Shown here one piece after another: positions 40,570-49,798 of a stretch of 64,000 bases of DNA (position 1 is its first letter; every line of letters starts with the position of its first letter). This stretch comes from Calditrichia bacterium (lineage in GTDB: Bacteria > Calditrichota > Calditrichia > RBG-13-44-9 > J075): assembly GCA_050633245.1 (NCBI GenBank), contig JBOEGD010000001.1, forward strand, positions 304,883 through 368,882. The letters run 5' to 3'. A program made the position numbers and the translations under genes. The notes under the pieces were generated by a model that was not told where the DNA came from, made no database searches, and saw only the letters and a program-made list of their open reading frames with translations.

Positions 40570-41136
40570 CTAGCGGATACTACCTAAATAAAAGGTCTCC
40601 TGCCTTTGAAAGCAGAATCTCTCGTCGGGAATCATCAGCTCCAGCCGGTCGCATAGAAATGAGCCGGATGGGGCAGTGTCATGCAACTCCGCGCAAATTC
40701 TCAGACTGTCCTCTATCGAAATAAATTCTGCAATCGTCATATGCGCCGGAATATGTCCTCGCTGAAATTCATCATCACCAAAGATCTTCGCTCTATGCAA
40801 TGCCTTCTTTAGCTCGTCAATCGGCTTCTGTGGTGTAATTGGATAGGCTACGCCAGCACGTTTAGTAGACGCTTGCGGTTTGTCGTAGTGAAGCTCAAAA
40901 GGCTCGATATTTTGCAGGATTATTACGATCTCTTTTCGAAAACTATCCGTCATTTCTTCCTGTAACGGATCAGAAACCGAAATATGTGCCGGGCAAATTG
41001 CTGCACTTTGTGGATCGTATGCTGCACGCAGCTCGTTTATTGGTTTCGCTAGATCATCTGGCGGCAGAATAAGAATGACGCCAAAGCGATAATCGAGCTG
41101 CCAATCTTGCCAGTGGGATATGTTGGTATGGGGCAT
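40570..41136 (-). CDS. 2H phosphoesterase (2'-5' RNA ligase-like) protein
   Basis: Two Hx[ST] motifs: PAHIS and PAHMT. Confidence 0.8.
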   Translation of the reverse strand: MPHTNISHWQDWQLDYRFGVILILPPDDLAKPINELRAAYDPQSAAICPAHISVSDPLQEEMTDSFRKEIVIILQNIEPFELHYDKPQASTKRAGVAYPITPQKPIDELKKALHRAKIFGDDEFQRGHIPAHMTIAEFISIEDSLRICAELHDTAPSGSFLCDRLELMIPDERFCFQRQETFYLGSIR

Positions 41137-41189
41137 GGTTGTCGGTTCACCATATGCTATCTCGAAGCAATTAGGATAGGCTTAGTTGA

Positions 41190-43049
41190 TTATTTAGCTT
41201 GTAAAAACCTCATGTTGCCTTTGTTGTCTAAAACTAAGCAATATGTCTTTAGGGGCTGATAATACACTTTTTCAGATGAATCAACAACGTTCAGCTTTTG
41301 CAAATACAGCGATTTCCAGTAATCGACATTCAATAGTCCTGTGTTACAGATATAAATATCGCTTCCCATTGGGTGATAAAAACTGACAGACCCGCGTGGT
41401 GTATCGACAATAAAAAATACCCAGGAATCCAGCGGCGCTGATGGTTCATTGTATCTTTCAAGCAGCTGCATATATTCCCTGACTTCTTTACTCTCCCAGT
41501 GTAACCTGTTGCCGGCAGCTCGCATGCGAATGCCGCTTATGTCGAGCGAATCGAAACCTGGATCCGTTAAGGTGATTTCATCCATCGCGTAAATAATTTG
41601 CATGGGCTGTAAATCAACATGTACTGTTTGATCATCTGAGGTCGCAAAGATTATGTTGGCCTCAATGGGCACGGAATACTCTTTATGAGGAACAAATGTT
41701 CCTTTCCAGTCTTTGAACGCATCCTTCCATTTCCGATTCTCATTGAGGTGTAGCCCTGCGATAGAACCTCCAACAAATCTGATGTCGGTGATCCTGAAAT
41801 CTTTTTGAAACGCCTGTAAGGCAGGCGTCTGTTTCAATAACTTTAAACTGAGCATTTTAGACTGATTGGATTTATGTGCGTTCAGTTCAGTTCTATTTCT
41901 AAAAGCCAGAGCATCGAAGCTTTTGTCTATTAAATGGCCGGATAAAATATCAAAAACGTTGACGCTTTTATCTGTTTGCACAAGCGTAAAGGTCTTATTC
42001 TCATTGGAGAGACCGATTGGAATACTGCTTTTGTATGCAGTGTGGCGATAGTGACCGATATCTTTTGTTACGGTACTCGTGTCTCCGAGGATTTCTTTTG
42101 ATTTATATCTTTTTAGCAGATGATTCTTCCGGTAGAACTCCAGCGCAACATCTGAAAATTGTTCTACATCAGAACCCCAGGGCTCCAATCTTATCAGATG
42201 GAGACCGTCATTCGCTATGGAAACGTTCTGAGCAAACCACCCTACAGACCACAATAGCTGCCTCTTTTCGCCTTCGATGATACGATAAACGTTTCCTGTG
42301 CCTTTATTACCATAAGCATGAGTAGGGATCATCTCTATGACGTAATTACCATTGTCGGAGTTTGCAAAATAGGGCTCATTCGACGAGGGGAATGCGGATT
42401 TCTTAAGCACATAGTTATAGTTCAGCGTATCGTCCAGTGTCTTTATAAGTGAATCGTTTTGAATCAGCCATCGTTCATTTTCTAGCTTAATATATCCGAA
42501 ATTTACTTCGCTTAACCGGTAGACTATGGAGTCGCCCAATAACGAGTGATCATGAATAGTGTCCTCGATCCTTTTGTATCCCGGAAAGAAGGCTGAGATC
42601 TTTTGAAGCAGAGAATTCACCAACTTAAACTGCCCATTTTTATCTGCTGAGCCTGTTAGCGTATCACTTTTGCACTCTACCCTAACATTGACTAATGCAA
42701 TAGGACTGATATTCTCAGCATCAATAAAAGTAATTGAAATACTGTCCCGGCCGGTATTAAATACGTCGCGCTGGTTTGGCGGGCTATAAAGGGAGATGCT
42801 ATTGGCAAGAAAAAAATTAGCACCTAGTGGAGTCAATTGGCCAGTGCACCCATTGCCGTTATACAAGTCGCCATAGAGCCGGAATTCAAAAGTTAAATCC
42901 GGCTTGATATATATGTAAGAGACAAGGAGACCAGAACCGCCAACATACATACCGGCAATGCGGCTATCCTCATCGGCCAGTGGTTGGCATTGCGCAATCA
43001 AAGGCAGAGCGACTAAGATTGCGATCAGATATTTGAGCAGAGTTGTCAT
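41190..43049 (-). CDS. Hypothetical exported multidomain protein
   Basis: 619-aa ORF with signal peptide and a carboxypeptidase-regulatory-like segment (ADKNGQF...FPGY). Confidence 0.6.
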   Translation of the reverse strand: MTTLLKYLIAILVALPLIAQCQPLADEDSRIAGMYVGGSGLLVSYIYIKPDLTFEFRLYGDLYNGNGCTGQLTPLGANFFLANSISLYSPPNQRDVFNTGRDSISITFIDAENISPIALVNVRVECKSDTLTGSADKNGQFKLVNSLLQKISAFFPGYKRIEDTIHDHSLLGDSIVYRLSEVNFGYIKLENERWLIQNDSLIKTLDDTLNYNYVLKKSAFPSSNEPYFANSDNGNYVIEMIPTHAYGNKGTGNVYRIIEGEKRQLLWSVGWFAQNVSIANDGLHLIRLEPWGSDVEQFSDVALEFYRKNHLLKRYKSKEILGDTSTVTKDIGHYRHTAYKSSIPIGLSNENKTFTLVQTDKSVNVFDILSGHLIDKSFDALAFRNRTELNAHKSNQSKMLSLKLLKQTPALQAFQKDFRITDIRFVGGSIAGLHLNENRKWKDAFKDWKGTFVPHKEYSVPIEANIIFATSDDQTVHVDLQPMQIIYAMDEITLTDPGFDSLDISGIRMRAAGNRLHWESKEVREYMQLLERYNEPSAPLDSWVFFIVDTPRGSVSFYHPMGSDIYICNTGLLNVDYWKSLYLQKLNVVDSSEKVYYQPLKTYCLVLDNKGNMRFLQAK

Positions 43050-43145
43050 AAAAAGTCTTGTGATTGGTTTTTAATAATATGCAAAAGTTTGGCATTGGAT
43101 TGTAGATTTATTGAGAAAAATGCTTGGGGAATTTAACTTCCTCAT

Positions 43146-43242
43146 TTTTGTCTATCTAACCCTTCTCTGCTAACTTTCCAAAAGCGAACACCAATCAAGG
43201 AGCGACCATGAAAGATCCGAATCTGTCCAGAGGAAATTTTTG
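43146..43242 (+). repeat. Diverged duplicate of the GH109 promoter, RBS and first codons (44060-44156)
   Basis: First 31 nt 28/31 identical; ATGAAAGATCCGAATCTGTCCAGA vs ATGAAAGACTCGAACCTGTCCAGA. Confidence 0.8.
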
Positions 43243-43430
43243 TTTAGCTCAATGCCTCTTTCAACGCGTCACTTAGTTCCTGCAGGAAAGGAGGGGAGGC
43301 GACTTACGAACGCTCGCAGGGTGCTTTTGCTTTTCGTATGGGTCTGCGCAACAAGTTTTGTTTCTTTTCGTAAGATTGGTAAACACGTCGAGCATTTGGA
43401 CTCACTTTATACATCTATCGGAAGGAAGCC

Positions 43431-44021
43431 ATGAAGGGCTATTTACGATTTTTAGTAGTGGGGTTAATTCTCGGGTTGTTTTTAGAAGCAGAATTAAAGC
43501 TGGTAGCCGGCATCAGACCTGCGACATTTGTTTATACGTTGTTTGCTTATCCGATTATAATTTCACTGTCTTATTTGGGCAGTCGTTTGCTCGACCGAAT
43601 TTTCTCCTCAAGGTGGAAAGGCGACATAATTCATTACGCCGGCACAGCCTTCTTCGGTTTGATGGTTGAGTGGTTTTTGCTGGGAAATGGTCTTGGTAGC
43701 AACGCGTTTCAGTTGGGCATGGTTGCGATGTGGACAACTTTCTGTTTTGGCCCGCGGATACTGACCCGATCCGGCTTGGAAGGCAGTAGTCCCTACCGGA
43801 AGTTTTGGCGAGCCTATGTTGTGGTTGGCTTTCTGGTGACGGCTGGTATCTTGCTTGTTTCCGGCACAGCAGCGAAGACCGTCATTGCTGTTGTCAGCCT
43901 GAGTGCGACCTATATAGTATGGTCTATCAGCTTGCTGGTTATGGCTTGGCATAGTCGTTACAGTTTGCAAGTGGTTTCTGGCTCACGGAGTGTCGATTTT
44001 CCTCACAATTTCAGCGGATAG
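43431..44021 (+). CDS. Hypothetical membrane protein (about 6 TM)
   Basis: Hydrophobic 196-aa ORF with AAGGA RBS. Confidence 0.65.
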   Translation: MKGYLRFLVVGLILGLFLEAELKLVAGIRPATFVYTLFAYPIIISLSYLGSRLLDRIFSSRWKGDIIHYAGTAFFGLMVEWFLLGNGLGSNAFQLGMVAMWTTFCFGPRILTRSGLEGSSPYRKFWRAYVVVGFLVTAGILLVSGTAAKTVIAVVSLSATYIVWSISLLVMAWHSRYSLQVVSGSRSVDFPHNFSG

Positions 44022-44120
44022 CGGATGTTTTATTACTATCTGTTCAACCAACCGTCAAGTTTTGTCTATCTAGCCCTCCTCTGTTAACTTCTTCAAAATA
44101 AAACCAACAGAGGACCTGCC

Positions 44121-45494
44121 ATGAAAGACTCGAACCTGTCCAGACGAAAATTTTTGCAGCTTTCTATAAAAGGAGCCGGCGTTGCTATGCTTGGCGGTGG
44201 ATTAATTGCTCAGGAACGTGACAACCAACGTCCTACAAAGGCAACGTATATGGGAGGCTTTGCTGCGCCTAAGTTAAAGAACGTGCGTTGCGGATTTATC
44301 GGAGTTGGGGCAAGAGGTAGTGGACACCTGGCCTGGACCGCCAGGCATGAGGGGGCAGAGGTCGTCGCTATTGCCGATCCGCATTTACCGGCCGTTGAAA
44401 AGAATCTGGCCAAGCTCAAAGAGCAACAGGTGAGCGGTGTTAAGACCTATACCAAAGGCGAGAATGACTATCTACGCATGCTGGAAAACGAAAAGCTCGA
44501 TCTGGTATTTATTTCCACACCCTGGGCCTGGCACGCCAGACAGGCAATTGATGCCATGAATAACGGTGCCCATGCGATGGTGGAAGTGCCGCTGGCGGTT
44601 AGCATGAAAGAGTTATGGCAGATTATCGATACCTCCGAGAAAACTCAAAAGCACTGTATGATGATGGAAAATGTGAACTATGGCCGCGACGAGCTGATGT
44701 TTCTGAACATGTGTCGACAAAATGCGATCGGAGAACTCCTGCATGCTGAAGCAGCCTATATTCACGAACTGCGCTGGCAGATGGAGAACGAAGATTACGG
44801 CACCGGCAGCTGGCGAACCCTGCACTATGCAAAGCGAAACGGCAACCTTTACCCTACGCATGGACTAGGTCCGGTAGCGCAATACATGAACCTGGCGCGC
44901 AGTGACGATACCTTCAAATCTCTGGTGTCTTATTCCAGTCCGGCACGTGGACGCCAACTCTATGCAAAGGCAAACTATCCGGCAGATCATAAGTGGAACA
45001 AACTCGATTTTACCTGCGGCGACATCAATAATACCATTGTTAAGACTGCTCGTGGACGCACCATCCTTGTGCAATGGGATGAAACCAGTCCGCGGCCCTA
45101 TAGCCGTCTGAATCTCATTCAGGGAACCAAAGGTACGCTTGCCGGATTTCCGACCCGGATTGCTCTGGAGGAATCCGATTTTCATCACTGGACGGAAGGC
45201 GATGATCTGCAGCCTTACTATGAAAAGTATGAACATCCACTTTGGAAGCGAATAGGCGATGCCGCTAAAAAAGCCGGTGGACATGGTGGTATGGATTATG
45301 TGATGCGCTATCGTATTTTTGAATGCCTCACCAACGGTTTACCTCTCGATCAGAATGTGTATGAAGGCGCTTACTGGACATCCGTTGGTATTTTGTCTGA
45401 AAAGTCAGTTAAAGAAGATGGTATGCCGCAGCAGTTTCCGGACTTTACGCGTGGTGAGTGGCAAAATACAGACCCCTTGCAAATCATAGGTTAG
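44121..45494 (+). CDS. GH109 NAD+-dependent alpha-N-acetylgalactosaminidase-like, Tat-exported
   Basis: SRRKFL, GVGARG, TPWAWH, VEVP, ENVNY, YPTHGLGP, GGHGGMD, FPDFTRG. Confidence 0.88.
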   Translation: MKDSNLSRRKFLQLSIKGAGVAMLGGGLIAQERDNQRPTKATYMGGFAAPKLKNVRCGFIGVGARGSGHLAWTARHEGAEVVAIADPHLPAVEKNLAKLKEQQVSGVKTYTKGENDYLRMLENEKLDLVFISTPWAWHARQAIDAMNNGAHAMVEVPLAVSMKELWQIIDTSEKTQKHCMMMENVNYGRDELMFLNMCRQNAIGELLHAEAAYIHELRWQMENEDYGTGSWRTLHYAKRNGNLYPTHGLGPVAQYMNLARSDDTFKSLVSYSSPARGRQLYAKANYPADHKWNKLDFTCGDINNTIVKTARGRTILVQWDETSPRPYSRLNLIQGTKGTLAGFPTRIALEESDFHHWTEGDDLQPYYEKYEHPLWKRIGDAAKKAGGHGGMDYVMRYRIFECLTNGLPLDQNVYEGAYWTSVGILSEKSVKEDGMPQQFPDFTRGEWQNTDPLQIIG

Positions 45495-46363
45495 TCGGAT
45501 GTATCGGAAGATGCTTTTCGAAGATAGTTTCGAAATACAACGATATCACTTTTCTCGGTAAGATCGGGCACGTGCTCATTGAACGGGATTCCGATCATGG
45601 TGCAAGGATGTGCCTCAATTAGTCCGGTGATTGCCGCTGCGAGTTCCTTCTCATTGCGTCCTGTAGAGACGGGGCACTTTTCGAGGTGGTGTAGAAAAGG
45701 ATTTCCGCTGAACTTGAAGATGTTCATGCTGACTCTGATAACACCATGCCGATCCTGATAGTCCGGAAGAAGTGCGGGATCGGGTTTTTCGACAATCTGC
45801 GTCAGGAAGTCTCTTTCATCTAAAATGCATAAGGCAAAGCGCGCTATTTTTTCCGATGAGAATTGCAGTCCCATACGATTGTAAGCAATAAAGGCGTGAG
45901 GATGTGGCGTTTCGGCAAGTGCGCGAAATGCCTTGGCCGAGTATAGATTGTCGCAATTGCACACCAGAAATTCACTTGTTTGTAACTCCGGGTATTGTTG
46001 GAGGGCTTGTAAAACAGCGTCAGCCGTTCCAAGTGGTTTACTGCGACCGGATGGAATACGTTGAACCGCGTAGGATACGACAATCTTGCCGTAATTGTTG
46101 CTGCGCTTTTTATTCCCATAGCGCGATTTGAACACTGCATTATCAAACCCGGTGATCAGAATAATGTTGGTTAACCCCGCGGCGATGGCGTTATCAAAAA
46201 TAAAGTCGAGTAGCGGTCGCCCTGTCTCGCCAACTGGGATAAGGCCTTTTGTAAGCGTGTCGGCCTGTTTAATGTCTGCTGCATCCAGCCCGGCCGTATC
46301 TGCCGAGGCCTTCATTCTGGAAGACATACCGGCAGCTAAGATGATCAGCGTGTTAACCGTCAT
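45491..46363 (-). CDS. Sugar-1-phosphate nucleotidyltransferase
   Basis: ILAAGMSSRM, KPLGTADAV, VCNCDNLY, IVEKP, SMNIF. Confidence 0.85.
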   Translation of the reverse strand: MTVNTLIILAAGMSSRMKASADTAGLDAADIKQADTLTKGLIPVGETGRPLLDFIFDNAIAAGLTNIILITGFDNAVFKSRYGNKKRSNNYGKIVVSYAVQRIPSGRSKPLGTADAVLQALQQYPELQTSEFLVCNCDNLYSAKAFRALAETPHPHAFIAYNRMGLQFSSEKIARFALCILDERDFLTQIVEKPDPALLPDYQDRHGVIRVSMNIFKFSGNPFLHHLEKCPVSTGRNEKELAAAITGLIEAHPCTMIGIPFNEHVPDLTEKSDIVVFRNYLRKASSDTSD

Positions 46364-47453
46364 AAGTGATTCTTGCTCCTTTATCGACATCTACCGAATA
46401 AGCCTTTCCACCAACAGCATTAACGGCTTCTGAAATTTCGGCCGATCTTTCCTGAGGTGCGATAATGACAATCGTGCCACCTCCGCCGGAGCCATTTATC
46501 TTGGCACCATATGCTCCGGCTTCCAGTGCCGCAGAAATCATGCGCTCAATTTTGGGTGTGCTCAGCTTTAAATCATCTGCCAGAATGCGATGCTGAGCGT
46601 ACATCAACTGTCCGATACGTTCAATATCCACAATCTTTTGCTGGAGCAGAGGCAGCGCTTCGCGCGTTATCTTGTAGTTGCGTACAGCAGCTTTCAAGAG
46701 ACTTACATTTTTCAAAGAATTTTCGCTGCAATAGGCATTGATAATAGGAAGGGTAAGGGCTTTAATACTATTTAATGGTTGCGCTGCGGCAATGGTTTGA
46801 AAAGCCTGTAACACTGGTTCTTTAATGTTTTTTAATACTTCAAGCGTCTGTTTCGGCTCTAACGACTCTGCCAGCAAAAGTCCGGGTAATGTGTTGCGTA
46901 ACGGTGTAACACTATAACTCTGGGTGTCAATGTGGATAACGCCCGATGAGGCAATCGAGATCTGATCCATCATTCCACCTGGTTCCTGATGTTCCAACAC
47001 CTCGGCTTCGTAACCGATCAACCCGAGATCCCTGGAATTAATGGCGGAGCGCTTACCTGCCAGCTCCAGCAAGACTGTCGCCCAGCCAATGGTCAGTGCG
47101 CTTGAACTGGATGCACCTGCGTTTATTGGGATGTTACTGGCAATCGAGACGGTCGCTCCGGAAGAGGGCAGGCACTGCCGTTTCCTCAATACGCGCATTA
47201 CGGAGGCAATGTAATCCCTGGGTTCCAGCGGCTCGAAAGCGTCATTTAAGTGGATTCGCCGTGACTGCTTCAGGTCGATCATTTTGATATCGATAAAGTC
47301 GGCTGTGGTCTTTACTACTTCCAATTTCATATAGCGGCTTATGGGAGCGGCTATAACCGGTAGATTCAGGTAGTCCTGATGCTCGCCGAATAGACAGACG
47401 CGAGCCGGAGCAAGGACGGTGAATGTTTTTCGGGATTCTATGTTCTTCTCCAC
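46353..47453 (-). CDS. GHMP galactokinase-like sugar kinase
   Basis: APARVCLFGEHQDY, IPINAGASSSSA, GMMDQ, GAKINGSGGGG. Confidence 0.87.
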   Translation of the reverse strand: MEKNIESRKTFTVLAPARVCLFGEHQDYLNLPVIAAPISRYMKLEVVKTTADFIDIKMIDLKQSRRIHLNDAFEPLEPRDYIASVMRVLRKRQCLPSSGATVSIASNIPINAGASSSSALTIGWATVLLELAGKRSAINSRDLGLIGYEAEVLEHQEPGGMMDQISIASSGVIHIDTQSYSVTPLRNTLPGLLLAESLEPKQTLEVLKNIKEPVLQAFQTIAAAQPLNSIKALTLPIINAYCSENSLKNVSLLKAAVRNYKITREALPLLQQKIVDIERIGQLMYAQHRILADDLKLSTPKIERMISAALEAGAYGAKINGSGGGGTIVIIAPQERSAEISEAVNAVGGKAYSVDVDKGARITYDG

Positions 47454-47521
47454 ATGCAGTTCACTAATGTTATTATCGTCGCTCCCCGAGTCACACCGAG
47501 GGCGACATTGCTTACTCCAGG

Positions 47522-49312
47522 CTAATCAGTAACCATGCTTTGCCAAAGTTTGGCAATTCCACCACCACAGATTAGCGAGAGCATGATGAGCATGCTGCCC
47601 TGTGTCGTTTCTCCATACAGAAGTGAACCGGTTGCAAATAAGGCGGCATACACGCCTACCGAGCCGAGGAGCATCATTAATACACCCTGCGGAACGTCCC
47701 ATTTTCTACCCGTTGGCTCAAGGCTCTCACCTAATGCTGCTGCCTGATCCATAACACCCTTCCATCCGGGACCGCCCGGCTGAACGAGCTTATAAAAGCT
47801 GAATAGCGTCTTTCTGTCTGTCGTGCGCGTTAGATAGGTAGCGATAATCCAGCAAATCGTGGTCATACCGACGCCAAAGAGAAACTGCGTTTGGCTGGGA
47901 ATCGCTTCAAAGCCGAGCTGCTCATGCGCGAGCTGAAAATAGATTGCGATTAGAAAGGAGACGGTCATGGCGGTGATTTCACTGAAGGCATTGATTCGCC
48001 ACCAGAACCAGCGAAGAATAAACAGCAGCCCGGTGCCTGCGCCGATTTGCAGCAAAATCTGAAATGCACCAAGCGCATCGCTGAGCGCCAGTGCAAATAA
48101 ACTGGCCAGAATCATTAATCCTACCGTGGACAGCCGTCCAAAATTTACCTGTTGGCTTTCTGAGGCTGTTGGGTTGATGAAGCGCTTATAGAAATCGTTT
48201 ACCAGGTAGGATGCGCCCCAGTTCAGGTGTGTTGAAATGGTAGACATGTATGCTGCGATGAGTGAAGCAACGACCAGGCCGAGCAGACCCTGCGGGAGAA
48301 AGCTGAGCATGGCAGGATAAGCGAGGTCGTGCCCCACGATGCTATCGTCAATGTTTGGGAAGGCTTCCCGAAGCGACTGAAGATCGGGGAAAACAATCAT
48401 CGAACAGAGGGCAACAATAATCCATGGCCAGGGGCGCAGCGCATAGTGAGCGACATTAAAGAGAAACGTTGCGCCGATGGCGTGTCTTTCCGACTTGGCA
48501 GATAGCATGCGCTGAGCTACATAGCCACCACCACCCGGTTCGGCACCGGGATACCATATACTCCACCATTGCACTGCCAGCGGTATAATAAGTAGTGAGA
48601 TAACCATATCGGTATCAGAAAATGATGGTAGCAGAGATAGTGAATCCACCACGTTCTCGTGGGTTAGCAGGTTTGACAGACTACCTACATCGGGATGCTG
48701 AACGGCAACGACCGCTGCGCCGATAGCACCAATCATAGCGATGATGAACTGGAAGAAGTCCGTGATAATCACCCCACGCAGACCTCCGAGAGCACTATAA
48801 GTAACCGTGATGGTGCCTCCGATAACAACGGTTTGAACAGGACTCAGGCCAAGCAAAATCCCCGCAATCTTAATCATTGCCAGCGTTACGGTTGCCATAA
48901 TAAGCACGTTAAACACCACGCCGAGGTAGATGGCCCGGAAGCCGCGTAGAAACGCTGCGGGTTTTCCGCTATAACGCATCTCGTAAAATTCAAGATCGGT
49001 AGAAGCCCCGGAGCGTCGCCACAGTTTGGCGTAGACGAACACGGTTAGCATACCAGTTAGCAGGAAGGCCCACCACACCCAGTTTCCCGCAACGCCGTTC
49101 TGCCGAACGATATCGGTAACCAGATTCGGCGTGTCGGCAGAAAAGGTTGTAGCGACCATTGAGACACCTAAAAGCCACCACGGCATATTACGCCCGGAAA
49201 GAAAAAACTCCGAACTACTTGAGCCGGCTTTCCTTGCCACGGCGAGTCCAACGCCGAGCGATAGAACAAAAAATGCGATGATAATTGACCAATCGAGACC
49301 TGTGAGATTCAT
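47522..49312 (-). CDS. Sodium:solute symporter (SSS) family
   Basis: EFFLSGRNMPWW, TTFSADTP, GLRGVIITD, YVAQRMLSAK, STHLNWG. Confidence 0.9.
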   Translation of the reverse strand: MNLTGLDWSIIIAFFVLSLGVGLAVARKAGSSSSEFFLSGRNMPWWLLGVSMVATTFSADTPNLVTDIVRQNGVAGNWVWWAFLLTGMLTVFVYAKLWRRSGASTDLEFYEMRYSGKPAAFLRGFRAIYLGVVFNVLIMATVTLAMIKIAGILLGLSPVQTVVIGGTITVTYSALGGLRGVIITDFFQFIIAMIGAIGAAVVAVQHPDVGSLSNLLTHENVVDSLSLLPSFSDTDMVISLLIIPLAVQWWSIWYPGAEPGGGGYVAQRMLSAKSERHAIGATFLFNVAHYALRPWPWIIVALCSMIVFPDLQSLREAFPNIDDSIVGHDLAYPAMLSFLPQGLLGLVVASLIAAYMSTISTHLNWGASYLVNDFYKRFINPTASESQQVNFGRLSTVGLMILASLFALALSDALGAFQILLQIGAGTGLLFILRWFWWRINAFSEITAMTVSFLIAIYFQLAHEQLGFEAIPSQTQFLFGVGMTTICWIIATYLTRTTDRKTLFSFYKLVQPGGPGWKGVMDQAAALGESLEPTGRKWDVPQGVLMMLLGSVGVYAALFATGSLLYGETTQGSMLIMLSLICGGGIAKLWQSMVTD

Positions 49313-49534
49313 AAAAAGTCCTGGTAAAATTGTCTACTTGAATGCGGGTGATAGTGCTAATGATACCAGCCCAATTTAATAATAATAAAGATACCGGTTT
49401 CAGATCGTTCAAGCAAACGAAGCAGGTGATATGTGAGTCAATGTGCACCTTGCCAGGAGGGAGATAAATAGCAGCGCAAAAAAGGAAATTTGCTGAACTG
49501 TGAATTCATAATGTTGCTAAAGCACAAAAAAAAA

Positions 49535-49591
49535 TTGACAAATAAATTTGTAATACATATTATGTCATATAAATTTTATGTCATATAAATT
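49535..49591 (+). promoter_or_regulatory. Sigma70 promoter overlapped by tandem operator repeats
   Basis: TTGACA (49535)-17 nt-TATTAT; TTATGTCATATAAATT x2 exact at 49560-49591. Confidence 0.75.
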
Positions 49592-49798
49592 TTGAATTTC
49601 TTTTTCTTAACAAGAAATACTCTCATTAGAATAGTAGGCCTAGTCTTTTTAACCTCTGCTAAATGTTTTGGCAAGCTTTCGTGACTCATCTTATTGTTAC
49701 GCACCTAAAAACGTTTACCGCTTTAATACTTATGTCTAGTCGTCAATACACTCGGGATTTTTAAATAAACAGCTATTAAACATGTAAGGGATGGAATA

